Positions 51,882 through 64,000 of a stretch of 64,000 nt of DNA are shown one piece after another. Numbering within the stretch: the first letter of the stretch is position 1; every line of letters begins with the position of its first letter. A model generated the notes under the pieces. It saw only the letters and a list, made by a program, of their open reading frames with translations. It did not search any database and was not told the origin of the DNA. The position numbers and the translations under genes are program-made. This stretch comes from Escherichia coli (GTDB taxonomy: Bacteria; Pseudomonadota; Gammaproteobacteria; Enterobacterales; Enterobacteriaceae). The stretch lies in the NCBI RefSeq assembly GCF_044324785.1, contig NZ_CP172127.1. One strand, 5' to 3'.

Positions 51882-52447
51882 TATGTATTCCCTTGTGATT
51901 ATAATCTTCATGAATATATCAATAAGTGCCGTTATCCAAAAAAAAGCACATTTGGATACTATTCTATGAAGTTCATTTTATTTTAAGGATTACATGTAAC
52001 AAATGTATTTAAAAGATTTCAAAATGTTTCTAATCTATTTAATATAATTCAGAATTATGAATTCTAGATATAAATATTCATGATAATTATGAATATATAT
52101 CAATATGTTATGAGTTGATTGGAAAGATAGGAAGTATCAATGATTGCGGCGCTAAACGGCTGATGTGATCACGCGCACATTAATGAAGGCATAAAAAAAA
52201 GCCGGCATCATGCCGGCCCAAAAAATATAAACAAGACGATAAAAGGCTAATAACGGGGTTATCATGACACAGAAATCAAAAAAGGTATAATTGAATTCGC
52301 TGCTAATATATTGTTTAGGTGAATTAATAAAACCATTACCATAGATAATAATAAATCTTCATTGCTGTTTTTCCGGTAATTATTGCCGTTGCGCAAAAAT
52401 TATCTATTTGTTCAAAAAATGATTGAGTCTTGACTGGCTCATCCAAT

Positions 52448-52813
52448 GTGGAAAAATGTGACTTTTATCACATAATAGTACTAAGTCTGAATTTTCCGGG
52501 TTATCTCAAAATGGAATACGGTTCGACAAAGATGGAAGAGAGACTCTCTCGCAGCCCTGGCGGCAAATTGGCTTTGTGGGCTTTCTATACATGGTGTGGC
52601 TATTTTGTCTGGGCAATGGCGCGTTACATCTGGGTGATGAGCCGGATCCCCGAAGCCCCCGTGTCGGGATTTGAAAGCGATTTAGGCTCTACCGCGGGAA
52701 AGTGGTTAGGGGCACTGGTCGGCTTTTTATTTATGGCACTGGTCGGGGCATTGTTAGGCAGCATTGCCTGGTACACCCGACCTCGTCCCGCACGTAGCAG
52801 ACGCTATGAATAA
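52448..52813 (+). CDS. yedR: Inner membrane protein YedR
   Basis: Two TM segments. A GTG start at 52448 gives the 121-aa K-12 length; ATG 52511 is an alternative. Confidence 0.8.
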   Translation: MEKCDFYHIIVLSLNFPGYLKMEYGSTKMEERLSRSPGGKLALWAFYTWCGYFVWAMARYIWVMSRIPEAPVSGFESDLGSTAGKWLGALVGFLFMALVGALLGSIAWYTRPRPARSRRYE

Positions 52814-52852
52814 AAACTGCTAAGGTTGCGACTCTTTGGCAACGGAGCGCGT

Positions 52853-53548
52853 ATGGACGTACAACACTGGCAGGCACAGTTCGAAAACTGGTTGAAAAAC
52901 CATCATCAGCACCAGGACGCGGCCCATGACGTATGTCATTTTCGCCGTGTCTGGGCTACGGCACAGAAGCTGGCGGCAGATGACGATGTCGATATGCTGG
53001 TGATTTTAACCGCCTGTTATTTTCACGATATTGTGATCCTGGCGAAAAATCATCCACAACGGCAGCGTTCTTCAATCCTGGCGGCAGAAGAAACGCGTCG
53101 CCTGCTCCGTGAAGAGTTCGTGCAATTTCCGGCGGAGAAAATTGAGGCCGTTTGTCATGCCATTGCCGCGCACAGTTTCAGCGCGCAAATCGCCCCCTTA
53201 ACAACGGAAGCTAAAATCGTCCAGGATGCGGATCGGCTGGAAGCCCTGGGGGCGATTGGCCTGGCGCGCGTGTTTGCCGTTTCAGGGGCATTGGGCGTGG
53301 CGCTGTTTGATGGCGAAGATCCGTTCGCACAGCATCGCCCGCTGGATGATAAACGCTACGCGCTGGATCATTTCCAGACTAAGTTGCTGAAGCTACCGCA
53401 AACCATGCAAACCGCAAGAGGCAAGCAGCTGGCGCAGCACAACGCGCAATTTTTAGTCGAGTTTATGGCGAAGCTCAGTGCCGAACTGGCGGGGGAGAAT
53501 GAAGGTGTCGATCACAAGGTGATAGATACGTTTTCACCCGTGGGCTGA
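52853..53548 (+). CDS. yedJ: HD-domain phosphohydrolase YedJ
   Basis: [33 protein letters not shown]...YFHDIV...; 231 aa; recognised. Confidence 0.9.
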   Translation: MDVQHWQAQFENWLKNHHQHQDAAHDVCHFRRVWATAQKLAADDDVDMLVILTACYFHDIVILAKNHPQRQRSSILAAEETRRLLREEFVQFPAEKIEAVCHAIAAHSFSAQIAPLTTEAKIVQDADRLEALGAIGLARVFAVSGALGVALFDGEDPFAQHRPLDDKRYALDHFQTKLLKLPQTMQTARGKQLAQHNAQFLVEFMAKLSAELAGENEGVDHKVIDTFSPVG

Positions 53549-53614
53549 GCGCGTGGCCCTAAATGGCTGTAATTATGTTAACCTGTCGGCCATCTCAGAT
53601 GGCCGGTTAAATCT

Positions 53615-55033
53615 ATGCAGGAAAATATATCAGTAACCGATTCATACAGCACCGGGAATGCCGCACAGGCAATGCTGGAGAAACTGCTGCAAATTTATGA
53701 TGTTAAAACGCTGGTGGCGCAGCTTAATGGTGTGGGTGAGAATCACTGGAGCGCGGCAATTTTAAAACGTGCGCTGGCGAATGACTCGGCATGGCACCGT
53801 TTAAGTGAGAAAGAGTTCGCCCATCTGCAAACGTTGTTACCCAAACCACCGGCACATCATCCGCATTATGCGTTTCGCTTTATCGATCTATTTGCCGGAA
53901 TTGGCGGCATCCGTCGCGGTTTTGAATCGATTGGCGGACAGTGCGTCTTTACCAGCGAATGGAACAAACATGCGGTTCGCACTTATAAAGCCAACCATTA
54001 TTGCGATCCGGCGACGCATCATTTTAATGAAGATATCCGCGACATCACCCTCAGCCATAAAGACGGCGTGAGTGATGAGTCGGCGGCAGAACATATTCGT
54101 CAACACATTCCTGAACACGATGTATTACTGGCCGGTTTTCCTTGTCAGCCATTTTCGCTGGCTGGCGTATCGAAAAAGAACTCGCTCGGGCGGGCGCACG
54201 GTTTTGCCTGCGATACCCAGGGCACGCTGTTCTTTGATGTGGTGCGCATTATCGACGCGCGTCGTCCGGCGATGTTTGTGCTCGAAAACGTCAAAAACCT
54301 GAAAAGTCACGATAAAGGAAAAACGTTCCGCATCATCATGCAGACGCTGGACGAACTGGGCTATGACGTGGCTGATGCAGAAGATAACGGGCCAGACGAT
54401 CCGAAAATCATCGACGGCAAACATTTTCTGCCGCAGCACCGTGAACGCATCGTGCTGGTGGGTTTTCGTCGCGATCTGAATCTGAAAGCCGATTTTACCC
54501 TGCGTGATATCAGCGAATGTTTTCCTGCGCAGCGAGTGACGCTGGCCCAGCTGCTGGACCCGATGGTCGAGGCGAAATATATCCTGACGCCGGTGCTGTG
54601 GAAGTACCTCTATCGATATGCGAAAAAACATCAGGCGCGCGGTAACGGCTTCGGTTATGGAATGGTTTATCCGAACAATCCGCAAAGCGTCACGCGTACG
54701 TTGTCTGCGCGTTATTACAAAGATGGCGCAGAAATTTTAATCGATCGCGGCTGGGATATGGCAACGGGTGAGAAAGACTTTGACGATCCGCTGAATCAGC
54801 AACATCGCCCACGTCGGTTAACGCCTCGGGAATGCGCGCGTTTAATGGGGTTTGAAGCGCCGGGAGAAGCGAAATTCCGCATTCCGGTTTCGGACACTCA
54901 GGCCTATCGCCAGTTCGGTAACTCGGTGGTCGTACCGGTCTTTGCCGCGGTGGCAAAACTGCTTGAGCCAAAAATCAAACAGGCGGTGGCGTTGCGTCAG
55001 CAAGAGGCACAACATGGCCGACGTTCACGATAA
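53615..55033 (+). CDS. dcm: DNA-cytosine C5 methyltransferase Dcm
   Basis: 472 aa with [17 protein letters not shown] and QFGNSV motifs; recognised. Confidence 0.95.
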   Translation: MQENISVTDSYSTGNAAQAMLEKLLQIYDVKTLVAQLNGVGENHWSAAILKRALANDSAWHRLSEKEFAHLQTLLPKPPAHHPHYAFRFIDLFAGIGGIRRGFESIGGQCVFTSEWNKHAVRTYKANHYCDPATHHFNEDIRDITLSHKDGVSDESAAEHIRQHIPEHDVLLAGFPCQPFSLAGVSKKNSLGRAHGFACDTQGTLFFDVVRIIDARRPAMFVLENVKNLKSHDKGKTFRIIMQTLDELGYDVADAEDNGPDDPKIIDGKHFLPQHRERIVLVGFRRDLNLKADFTLRDISECFPAQRVTLAQLLDPMVEAKYILTPVLWKYLYRYAKKHQARGNGFGYGMVYPNNPQSVTRTLSARYYKDGAEILIDRGWDMATGEKDFDDPLNQQHRPRRLTPRECARLMGFEAPGEAKFRIPVSDTQAYRQFGNSVVVPVFAAVAKLLEPKIKQAVALRQQEAQHGRRSR

Positions 55034-55484
55034 GGCCACACGCAGCAAAAATATGCGCGCGATTGCCACGCGTGATACGGCGATTGAGAAGCGCCTCGCC
55101 AGTTTGTTAACCGGGCAGGGACTGGCGTTTCGCGTTCAGGACGCGGATCTCCCCGGACGCCCGGATTTTGTCGTTGATGAATATCGCTGCGTGATATTTA
55201 CCCACGGCTGCTTCTGGCACCATCATCACTGCTATCTGTTTAAAGTGCCTGCGACTCGAACCGGGTTCTGGCTGGAGAAGATAGGTAAAAATGTTGAGCG
55301 CGATCGCCGCGATATCAGTCGCTTGCAGGAACTCGGCTGGCGCGTATTGATTGTCTGGGAGTGTGCGTTACGTGGGCGCGAGAAGCTGACGGATGAAGCG
55401 CTTAGCGAGCGTCTGGAAGAGTGGATCTGCGGCGAAGGAGCCAGCGCGCAGATCGACACGCAGGGGATTCATTTACTCGCTTGA
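55014..55484 (+). CDS. vsr: Very-short-patch repair endonuclease Vsr
   Basis: [32 protein letters not shown]... 156 aa. Start overlaps the dcm 3-prime end by 20 nt in another frame, as known for dcm-vsr. Confidence 0.95.
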   Translation: MADVHDKATRSKNMRAIATRDTAIEKRLASLLTGQGLAFRVQDADLPGRPDFVVDEYRCVIFTHGCFWHHHHCYLFKVPATRTGFWLEKIGKNVERDRRDISRLQELGWRVLIVWECALRGREKLTDEALSERLEEWICGEGASAQIDTQGIHLLA

Positions 55485-56393
55485 TGCGTCCTGAATAACG
55501 GGCGCAACTACGGGTTTGGCCGGGAAGAGATATTTTCCCAACGTGACCAGTACCACCGCGAAGACAATCACGCCGAGCGCCAGCCATTCAATCTTCGACA
55601 GCGTCTCTCCGCCCAGTCCCGTACCCAGCAAGACCGCGACCACAGGGTTAACGTAGGCGTAGCTGGTGGCGAGAGCCGGACTGACGTTGCGGATTAAATA
55701 CATATAAGCGTTAATGGCGATAATCGAACCAAACAGCGCCAGATAGCCGACCGCAAGGAAGCCTGAAAGGGAAGGGAGCGCCGTCAGTTTTTCACCCGCA
55801 ATCATCGACGCGATCATTAACACCACGCCTGCCGCAAGCATCTCAATCGCACCCGCCATCATCCCTACAGGTAAGGTAATGCGCGAGCCATAAACTGAGC
55901 CAAACGCCCAGCTAATCGAGCCGATTAAAATCAGAATCGCGCCCCACGGATTGCCGCTTAAATTTCCACCGCTATTGAGCATGATGATTCCGGCAAGTCC
56001 AATGGCGATACCCACCCATTCCAGTTTGCGCGTTTTAATGCCAAACAGGCGGCTGAAGCACAGGGTAAAGAGGGGCACGGTTGCAACCACTACGGCGGCG
56101 ATGCCGGAAGGAACATTTTGATGTTCGGCAACCGTTACCATGCCATTACCGACAGCCAGCAATAACAGGCCAATCAGCGCGGCATTGAGCAGCGGACGTA
56201 GCGGGGGGAGCTTGTGTCCGCGCAGTAGCAAAAATGCCAGCAATAAAATACCGGCTGCCAGGAATCGCACGCCCGCCATCATTAACGGCGGCCAGCTTTC
56301 CACGCCAATCCGAATGACAAAATAGGTTGAGCCCCAAATGATATACAACGCAAACAGCGCGCCAAAAAGCGGTAACAACTGGCGGAAACGCAT
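55473..56393 (-). CDS. yedA: EamA-family transporter YedA
   Basis: 306 aa, multi-TM, MRFRQLLPLFGALFALYIIWGSTYFVIR...; recognised. Confidence 0.95.
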   Translation of the reverse strand: MRFRQLLPLFGALFALYIIWGSTYFVIRIGVESWPPLMMAGVRFLAAGILLLAFLLLRGHKLPPLRPLLNAALIGLLLLAVGNGMVTVAEHQNVPSGIAAVVVATVPLFTLCFSRLFGIKTRKLEWVGIAIGLAGIIMLNSGGNLSGNPWGAILILIGSISWAFGSVYGSRITLPVGMMAGAIEMLAAGVVLMIASMIAGEKLTALPSLSGFLAVGYLALFGSIIAINAYMYLIRNVSPALATSYAYVNPVVAVLLGTGLGGETLSKIEWLALGVIVFAVVLVTLGKYLFPAKPVVAPVIQDASSE

Positions 56394-56565
56394 AATCCCT
56401 CACGGTGGAAATAAAAAGGTGGTTCATAGTAAACGTGAAAATCATTCTGCTGGCGAGAGATATAATTGCACTTGATTGTTAAAAAAATGTTGACCTGTGA
56501 AGCAAGTATCAGAGCTGCCGTTTTTGCTTCATACTTACACCCTTCAACAATAAAAATGAGAGGGA

Positions 56566-57483
56566 ATGCTTTTGGCCGGGAGTAGTTTACTGACGTTGCT
56601 CGATGATATCGCCACACTGCTGGACGATATTTCCGTGATGGGCAAACTGGCGGCGAAGAAAACCGCCGGTGTATTAGGGGATGACTTATCGCTCAATGCG
56701 CAACAAGTTTCAGGCGTGCGGGCCAACCGGGAACTTCCCGTGGTCTGGGGCGTGGCGAAAGGATCGCTGATCAATAAAGTGATTCTGGTGCCGCTGGCGC
56801 TGATCATCAGTGCGTTTATCCCGTGGGCGATTACGCCACTGTTGATGATTGGCGGCGCGTTTCTCTGCTTTGAAGGGGTAGAGAAAGTGCTGCATATGCT
56901 GGAGGCGCGTAAACATAAAGAAGATCCGGCGCAGAGTCAGCAGCGTCTGGAGAAGCTGGCGGCGCAGGATCCGCTGAAGTTTGAAAAGGACAAAATAAAA
57001 GGGGCGATTCGTACCGATTTTATATTGTCTGCGGAAATCGTCGCCATCACGCTGGGGATTGTGGCAGAAGCGCCGTTGCTTAATCAGGTGCTGGTGCTTT
57101 CAGGCATCGCGCTGGTAGTGACCGTGGGCGTCTACGGTCTGGTAGGGGTTATCGTTAAGATTGATGACCTGGGGTATTGGTTGGCGGAAAAATCCAGCGC
57201 GCTGATGCAGGCATTAGGTAAAGGGTTATTGATTATCGCGCCCTGGTTGATGAAAGCGTTATCGATTGTCGGCACGCTGGCGATGTTCCTCGTCGGCGGC
57301 GGGATTGTGGTACATGGTATTGCGCCGCTGCATCACGCCATTGAACATTTCGCCGGGCAGCAAAGTGCAGTGGTGGCGATGATATTACCGACTGTTTTAA
57401 ATCTGATTCTTGGATTTATCATCGGCGGCATCGTGGTGCTGGGAGTGAAAGCAGTAGCGAAAATGCGCGGTCAGGCACATTAA
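56566..57483 (+). CDS. yedI: DUF808 inner membrane protein YedI
   Basis: 305 aa, [27 protein letters not shown]...; recognised. Confidence 0.95.
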   Translation: MLLAGSSLLTLLDDIATLLDDISVMGKLAAKKTAGVLGDDLSLNAQQVSGVRANRELPVVWGVAKGSLINKVILVPLALIISAFIPWAITPLLMIGGAFLCFEGVEKVLHMLEARKHKEDPAQSQQRLEKLAAQDPLKFEKDKIKGAIRTDFILSAEIVAITLGIVAEAPLLNQVLVLSGIALVVTVGVYGLVGVIVKIDDLGYWLAEKSSALMQALGKGLLIIAPWLMKALSIVGTLAMFLVGGGIVVHGIAPLHHAIEHFAGQQSAVVAMILPTVLNLILGFIIGGIVVLGVKAVAKMRGQAH

Positions 57484-57561
57484 TACTCGCACTGGCTATT
57501 ATGCAAAATTCGCCATCTTCAACTAAGGTGAACAAGTTTCACTCGAAAAAAGGAGGCGAGT

Positions 57562-57744
57562 ATGAGCTTTATGGTTAGTGAGGAAGTTACGGTTAAAGAG
57601 GGCGGCCCGCGGATGATTGTCACCGGATACTCCAGCGGTATGGTTGAGTGTCGTTGGTATGACGGTTACGGGGTCAAGCGGGAAGCTTTTCATGAAACCG
57701 AGCTTGTTCCAGGGGAGGGGAGTCGTCCTGCGGAAGAAGTTTGA
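57562..57744 (+). CDS. yodC: DUF2158 small protein YodC
   Basis: MSFMVSEEVTVKEGGPRMIVTGYSSGMVECRWYDGYGVKREAFHETELVPGEGSRPAEEV; recognised. Confidence 0.9.
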   Translation: MSFMVSEEVTVKEGGPRMIVTGYSSGMVECRWYDGYGVKREAFHETELVPGEGSRPAEEV

Positions 57745-57914
57745 AAGGGTATCATTAACACCAGGCCGGATCACATCCGGCCTGGTGTGCCAATGCCTGC
57801 AATGAATGATAGTCGCGTCTTATCATGCCACCATTATAAAATTATCGCTGTTTTGCGGTACGTTATCGCCGGGTTATGCCAGAATCATAAAAAAGCAGGT
57901 TGGGAGTCGTCAGG

Positions 57915-60439
<2,525 letters not shown>

Positions 60440-60618
60440 TTACCAGGATGATTCTCAAAACAGCACAAATTATCAAAGATGATTTTTTCGGGAGCGATCC
60501 CGTTGACGCCAGAGCCACCAAGGGGTGACGCGCGTCACATTTCTATTCATAAGTAGCGTTAATCATTCATATCACGAATATTTTCTTGTCAGCGAAAAAA
60601 ATTGCGGATAAGGTGATG

Positions 60619-60706
60619 AACACATCAGATTTCCTGGTGTAACGAATTTTTTAAGTGCTTCTTGCTTAAGCAAGTTTCATCCCGACCCCCTCAGGGTCGG
60701 GATTTT
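60619..60706 (+). ncRNA. dsrA: DsrA small regulatory RNA
   Basis: AACACATCAGATTTCCTGGTGTAACGAATTTTTTAAGTGCTTCTTGCTTAAGCAAGTTTCATCCCGACCCCCTCAGGGTCGGGATTT matches DsrA, including its terminator hairpin. Confidence 0.95.
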
Positions 60707-60718
60707 TTTATTGTGCAT

Positions 60719-60946
60719 TCAACGATTCACTTCAGAGACGCTGAAGTCATGAATATCCAGTTCGAAGGCATCCGCCAATTCACGCCATGTATGATATTCA
60801 CGTCCATCGACGCTAACGTGTTCAGAATCGTTCTGGCTGCGATGAACTTCGCTTTCGCTAATTTCATTGATCGCCGCCAGCAGGGCATCGACATCGACGC
60901 TGACCTCACGTTTTGCGGTATCGCTGTACTCTTTTGCGGTTTTCAT
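60719..60946 (-). CDS. yodD: Stress-induced small protein YodD
   Basis: MKTAKEYSDTAKREVSVDVDALLAAINEISESEV... 75 aa; recognised. Confidence 0.9.
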   Translation of the reverse strand: MKTAKEYSDTAKREVSVDVDALLAAINEISESEVHRSQNDSEHVSVDGREYHTWRELADAFELDIHDFSVSEVNR

Positions 60947-61018
60947 CATCTTTCCTCGCAACCGTTACTCTGTTGTTGCCGCCAGTCGTTAAGTCCGCCT
61001 GGCATCTCTTAAGTATAG

Positions 61019-61297
<279 letters not shown>

Positions 61298-61340
61298 TCT
61301 AATTCAGCCTGACTGGTGGGAAACCACCAGTCAGAATGTG

Positions 61341-61964
61341 TTAGCGCATGTTGACAAAAATACCATTAGTCACATTATCCGTCAGTCGGACGACATGGTA
61401 GATAACCTGTTTATTATGCGTTTTGATCTTACGTTTAATATTACCTTTATGCGATGAAACGGTCTTGGCTTTGATATTCATTTGGTCGGAGATTTGAATG
61501 GTACCCTGACCTGCCATCCACATTCGCAACATACTCGATTCGGTTCGGCTCAATGATAACGTCGGCATATTTAAAAACGAGGTTATCGTTGTCTCTTTTT
61601 TCAGAATATCGCCAAGGATATCGTCGAGAGATTCCGGTTTAATCGATTTAGAACTGATCAATAAATTTTTTCTGACCAATAGATATTCATCAAAATGAAC
61701 ATTGGCTATTGCCATAAAAACGATAAATAACGTATTGGGATGTTGATTAATGATGAGCTTGATACGCTGACTGTTAGAAGCATCGTGGATGAAACAGTCC
61801 TCATTAATAAACACCACTGAAGGGCGCTGTGAATCACAAGCTATGGCAAGGTCATCAACGGTTTCAATGTCGTTGATTTCTCTTTTTTTAACCCCTCTAC
61901 TCAACAGATACCCGGTTAAACCTAGTCGGGTGTAACTACATAAATCCATAATAATCGTTGACAT
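61341..61964 (-). CDS. rcsA: Capsule synthesis co-activator RcsA (LuxR-type HTH)
   Basis: 207 aa, [34 protein letters not shown]...; recognised. Confidence 0.95.
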
Positions 61965-62253
61965 GGCATACCCTCACTCAATGCGTAACGATAATTCCCC
62001 TTACCTGAATATTTCATCATGACTAAACGGAACAACATGGGTCACCTAATGCGCCACTCTCGCGATTTTTCAGGCGGACTTACTATCCCGTAAAGTGTTG
62101 TATAATTTGCCTGGAATTGTCTTAAAGTAAAGTAAATGTTGCGATATGTGAGTGAGCTTAAAACAAATATTTCGCCGCAGGAGTATCCTGGAAGATGTTC
62201 GTAGGTATTATTTTTCGGATAATCCTTAGGATAACATGATAAACGTTACGGAA

Positions 62254-63039
62254 TTATATTAATGGCAATTCACTAATAATATCAGCCAGCAAATTAAACA
62301 TCTCACTGAATAAATGTTCGCAAAAAGGCGCAATTAACGGCATTAATGCCGCCATTAAAGAGATACCGACAGTCAGAGTTAATGGAAATCCAATAACAAA
62401 AATGGATAATTGCGGAGCCATACGATTAAGTAAACCTAATGCCAGATTCAGGGTCAGCAGCAGAGTAATGAGCGGTAACGCCAGCATCAGCCCGTTAAGG
62501 AAAATCAAACTCCCTGCTTTGGTGAGTGCCAGAAACGCATTGCTGTTCAACGGTTCGCCACCAATTGGCAGGGTGTGAAAGGTATCGACCAGCAGTGAAA
62601 TCAACCATAAATGACCGTTAAATGTCAGGAACAGCAGTAACGCCAGCATATCCATGATACGCGCTAAAACGGGCATATTGAGATGGCTGGCCGGATCGAC
62701 AAACGTCGCAAATGACAGCCCCATTTGCAGACCGATAATTTCACCAGCGGTTCGCACAGCGGCAAAGGCAAATTGCATGGTAAAACCAAGCGCAATGCCG
62801 ATCAGGATCTGCTGCACGGCCAGCCACAGAGCAAAGAACGAAAAAACAGGAACATCGTTGGCAGGTAATGATGGGGCAATAGCGAACGTGATCATCATTG
62901 CCAGACCCAGTTTTACCCGTTTCGGCACGCTGCGTTCGCTCAGAATTGGCGCGGTAGAAATGAGCGCCAGCACGCGCAGTAACGGCCAGAAGTACAGACT
63001 TAGCCAGGAAAGCCATTGATCGCTTGTCACCTGCAACAT
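62254..63039 (-). CDS. fliR: Flagellar export apparatus protein FliR
   Basis: 261 aa, multi-[35 protein letters not shown]...; recognised. Confidence 0.95.
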   Translation of the reverse strand: MLQVTSDQWLSWLSLYFWPLLRVLALISTAPILSERSVPKRVKLGLAMMITFAIAPSLPANDVPVFSFFALWLAVQQILIGIALGFTMQFAFAAVRTAGEIIGLQMGLSFATFVDPASHLNMPVLARIMDMLALLLFLTFNGHLWLISLLVDTFHTLPIGGEPLNSNAFLALTKAGSLIFLNGLMLALPLITLLLTLNLALGLLNRMAPQLSIFVIGFPLTLTVGISLMAALMPLIAPFCEHLFSEMFNLLADIISELPLI

Positions 63040-63047
63040 TGTACGGG

Positions 63048-63317
63048 CTACCCGATGATATACGGCAGGTTAGTGAACAAGGTGCGGACGTAATCCAGCA
63101 ACAGATTGAGCATCCACGGTCCGGCAATAATAATGGCGATAAATACGGCGATGATTTTCGGAATAAACGACAGCGTCATTTCGTTGATCTGCGTGGCGGC
63201 CTGCAAAATACTGATGATAAGGCCCGTGACCAGCGCCACCAGCAACAGTGGGGCAGCCAGTGCCAGCGCGACTTTCATCGCTTCAGTCCCCATCATCATG
63301 ACCGATTCAGGTGTCAT
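63048..63317 (-). CDS. fliQ: Flagellar export apparatus protein FliQ
   Basis: 89 aa, [33 protein letters not shown]...; recognised. Confidence 0.95.
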   Translation of the reverse strand: MTPESVMMMGTEAMKVALALAAPLLLVALVTGLIISILQAATQINEMTLSFIPKIIAVFIAIIIAGPWMLNLLLDYVRTLFTNLPYIIG

Positions 63318-63326
63318 TTTGCCTCT

Positions 63327-64000
63327 CTAGCTGTAAAAGCTCTGCGCCAGCGAACCGACCAGCAATTGCCAGCCATCCACCAGTACAAACAGCATCAGTT
63401 TAAAGGGCAGAGCAATGGTGGCTGGGGGAACCATCATCATCCCCAATGCCATCAACACGCTGGCAATCACCAGGTCGATAATCAAAAACGGAATGAAGAT
63501 CGTGAAGCCTATCTGAAATGCGGTTTTCAACTCGCTGGTCACGTAGGCTGGGAGCAAAATGCGCATCGGCACGGCTTCAGGTCCCTGCAACGGGCCGGTA
63601 TTCGCTAGTCTGGCAAACAACCCTAAATCCGCCTCACGGGTCTGACGCAGCATAAACTCACGTAGCGGCTGCGCCCCTTTTTCCAGCGCCTCCTGCATTG
63701 AGATTTTCTCTTCGCTGAATGGCTGGTACGCATCGACATAAATTTTGTCGATCACCGGTGACATAATAAAAAAGGTCAAAAACAGTGCCAGCCCCAGCAA
63801 TACCTGGTTAGGTGGCGCGGAGGGCGTTCCCAGCGCGTTACGCAATAAACCAAAAACAATGATGATGCGGGTGAAACTGGTCATCATCAGTAAAATTGCC
63901 GGAATAAACGTCAACGAGGTGATGAACACCAGCGTCTGCACCGGGAGCGACCAGCTTTGTCCACCGCCAGGCAGCGGCTGGCTGGTGATACCCGGCAGTT
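63327..64000 (-). CDS. fliP: Flagellar export apparatus protein FliP (5-prime end beyond the window)
   Basis: The frame stays open to the window edge (...[42 protein letters not shown]...). The N-terminal ~20 codons are missing. Confidence 0.95.
   Translation of the reverse strand, partial: LPGITSQPLPGGGQSWSLPVQTLVFITSLTFIPAILLMMTSFTRIIIVFGLLRNALGTPSAPPNQVLLGLALFLTFFIMSPVIDKIYVDAYQPFSEEKISMQEALEKGAQPLREFMLRQTREADLGLFARLANTGPLQGPEAVPMRILLPAYVTSELKTAFQIGFTIFIPFLIIDLVIASVLMALGMMMVPPATIALPFKLMLFVLVDGWQLLVGSLAQSFYS

Noticed and set aside
54125-54685. 186-aa minus-strand ORF inside dcm
   Set aside because: dcm is unambiguous on the plus strand; the antisense ORF has no start context or known homologue.

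Overview
Enterobacterial (E. coli/Shigella-type) chromosome in two parts. (A) 1-43314 is the right ~43 kb of a mosaic temperate prophage. The integrase end lies left of the window. The right end is a displaced 61-nt 3-prime fragment of a serU-type tRNA-Ser gene (attR). Gene order is lambdoid: XRE-type repressor / Cro(YdaS)-like / CII(YdaT)-like switch, O-like initiator and DnaB-like helicase, a long nin-like accessory region, a 21/933W-type Q antiterminator with a PR-prime/tR-prime-like leader, and a lysis cassette. These are followed by lambda-like Nu1/A terminase, W, portal, C protease, D and E head genes, fused to a P2-like contractile tail block (V-W-J-I-H-G-sheath-tube-E/E'-T-U-X-D) and an extra fibre with a glycosidase-like C-terminus. 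The prophage looks crippled. An intact 1331-bp IS2 with a 5-bp target duplication splits the first lysis (holin) gene just downstream of the late promoter, and several gene remnants are present. (B) 43.3-64 kb is the conserved core block zinT-msrQP-hiuH-hprRS-hchA-yedS-yedR-yedJ-dcm-vsr-yedA-yedI-yodC-dgcQ-yedP-dsrA-yodD-dsrB-rcsA-fliRQP. It carries recognisable Zur and HprR boxes, a REP element and the DsrA sRNA. The most interesting material is the accessory island at ~7.3-13.9 kb. It contains an AT-rich 3.5-kb cassette bracketed by ~85-bp direct repeats, carrying a DUF1311-type lipoprotein, a YegP-like/T5orf172 fusion and an acidic orphan. It also contains a tightly coupled ImmA/IrrE-type metallopeptidase + two-TM orphan operon with no HTH partner, shared GTGCA-N5-TGCA inverted repeats linking that operon to neighbouring orphan genes, and a near-consensus LexA box in front of a 59-aa gene. 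All functional calls rest on motif recognition by eye; no database search was run.
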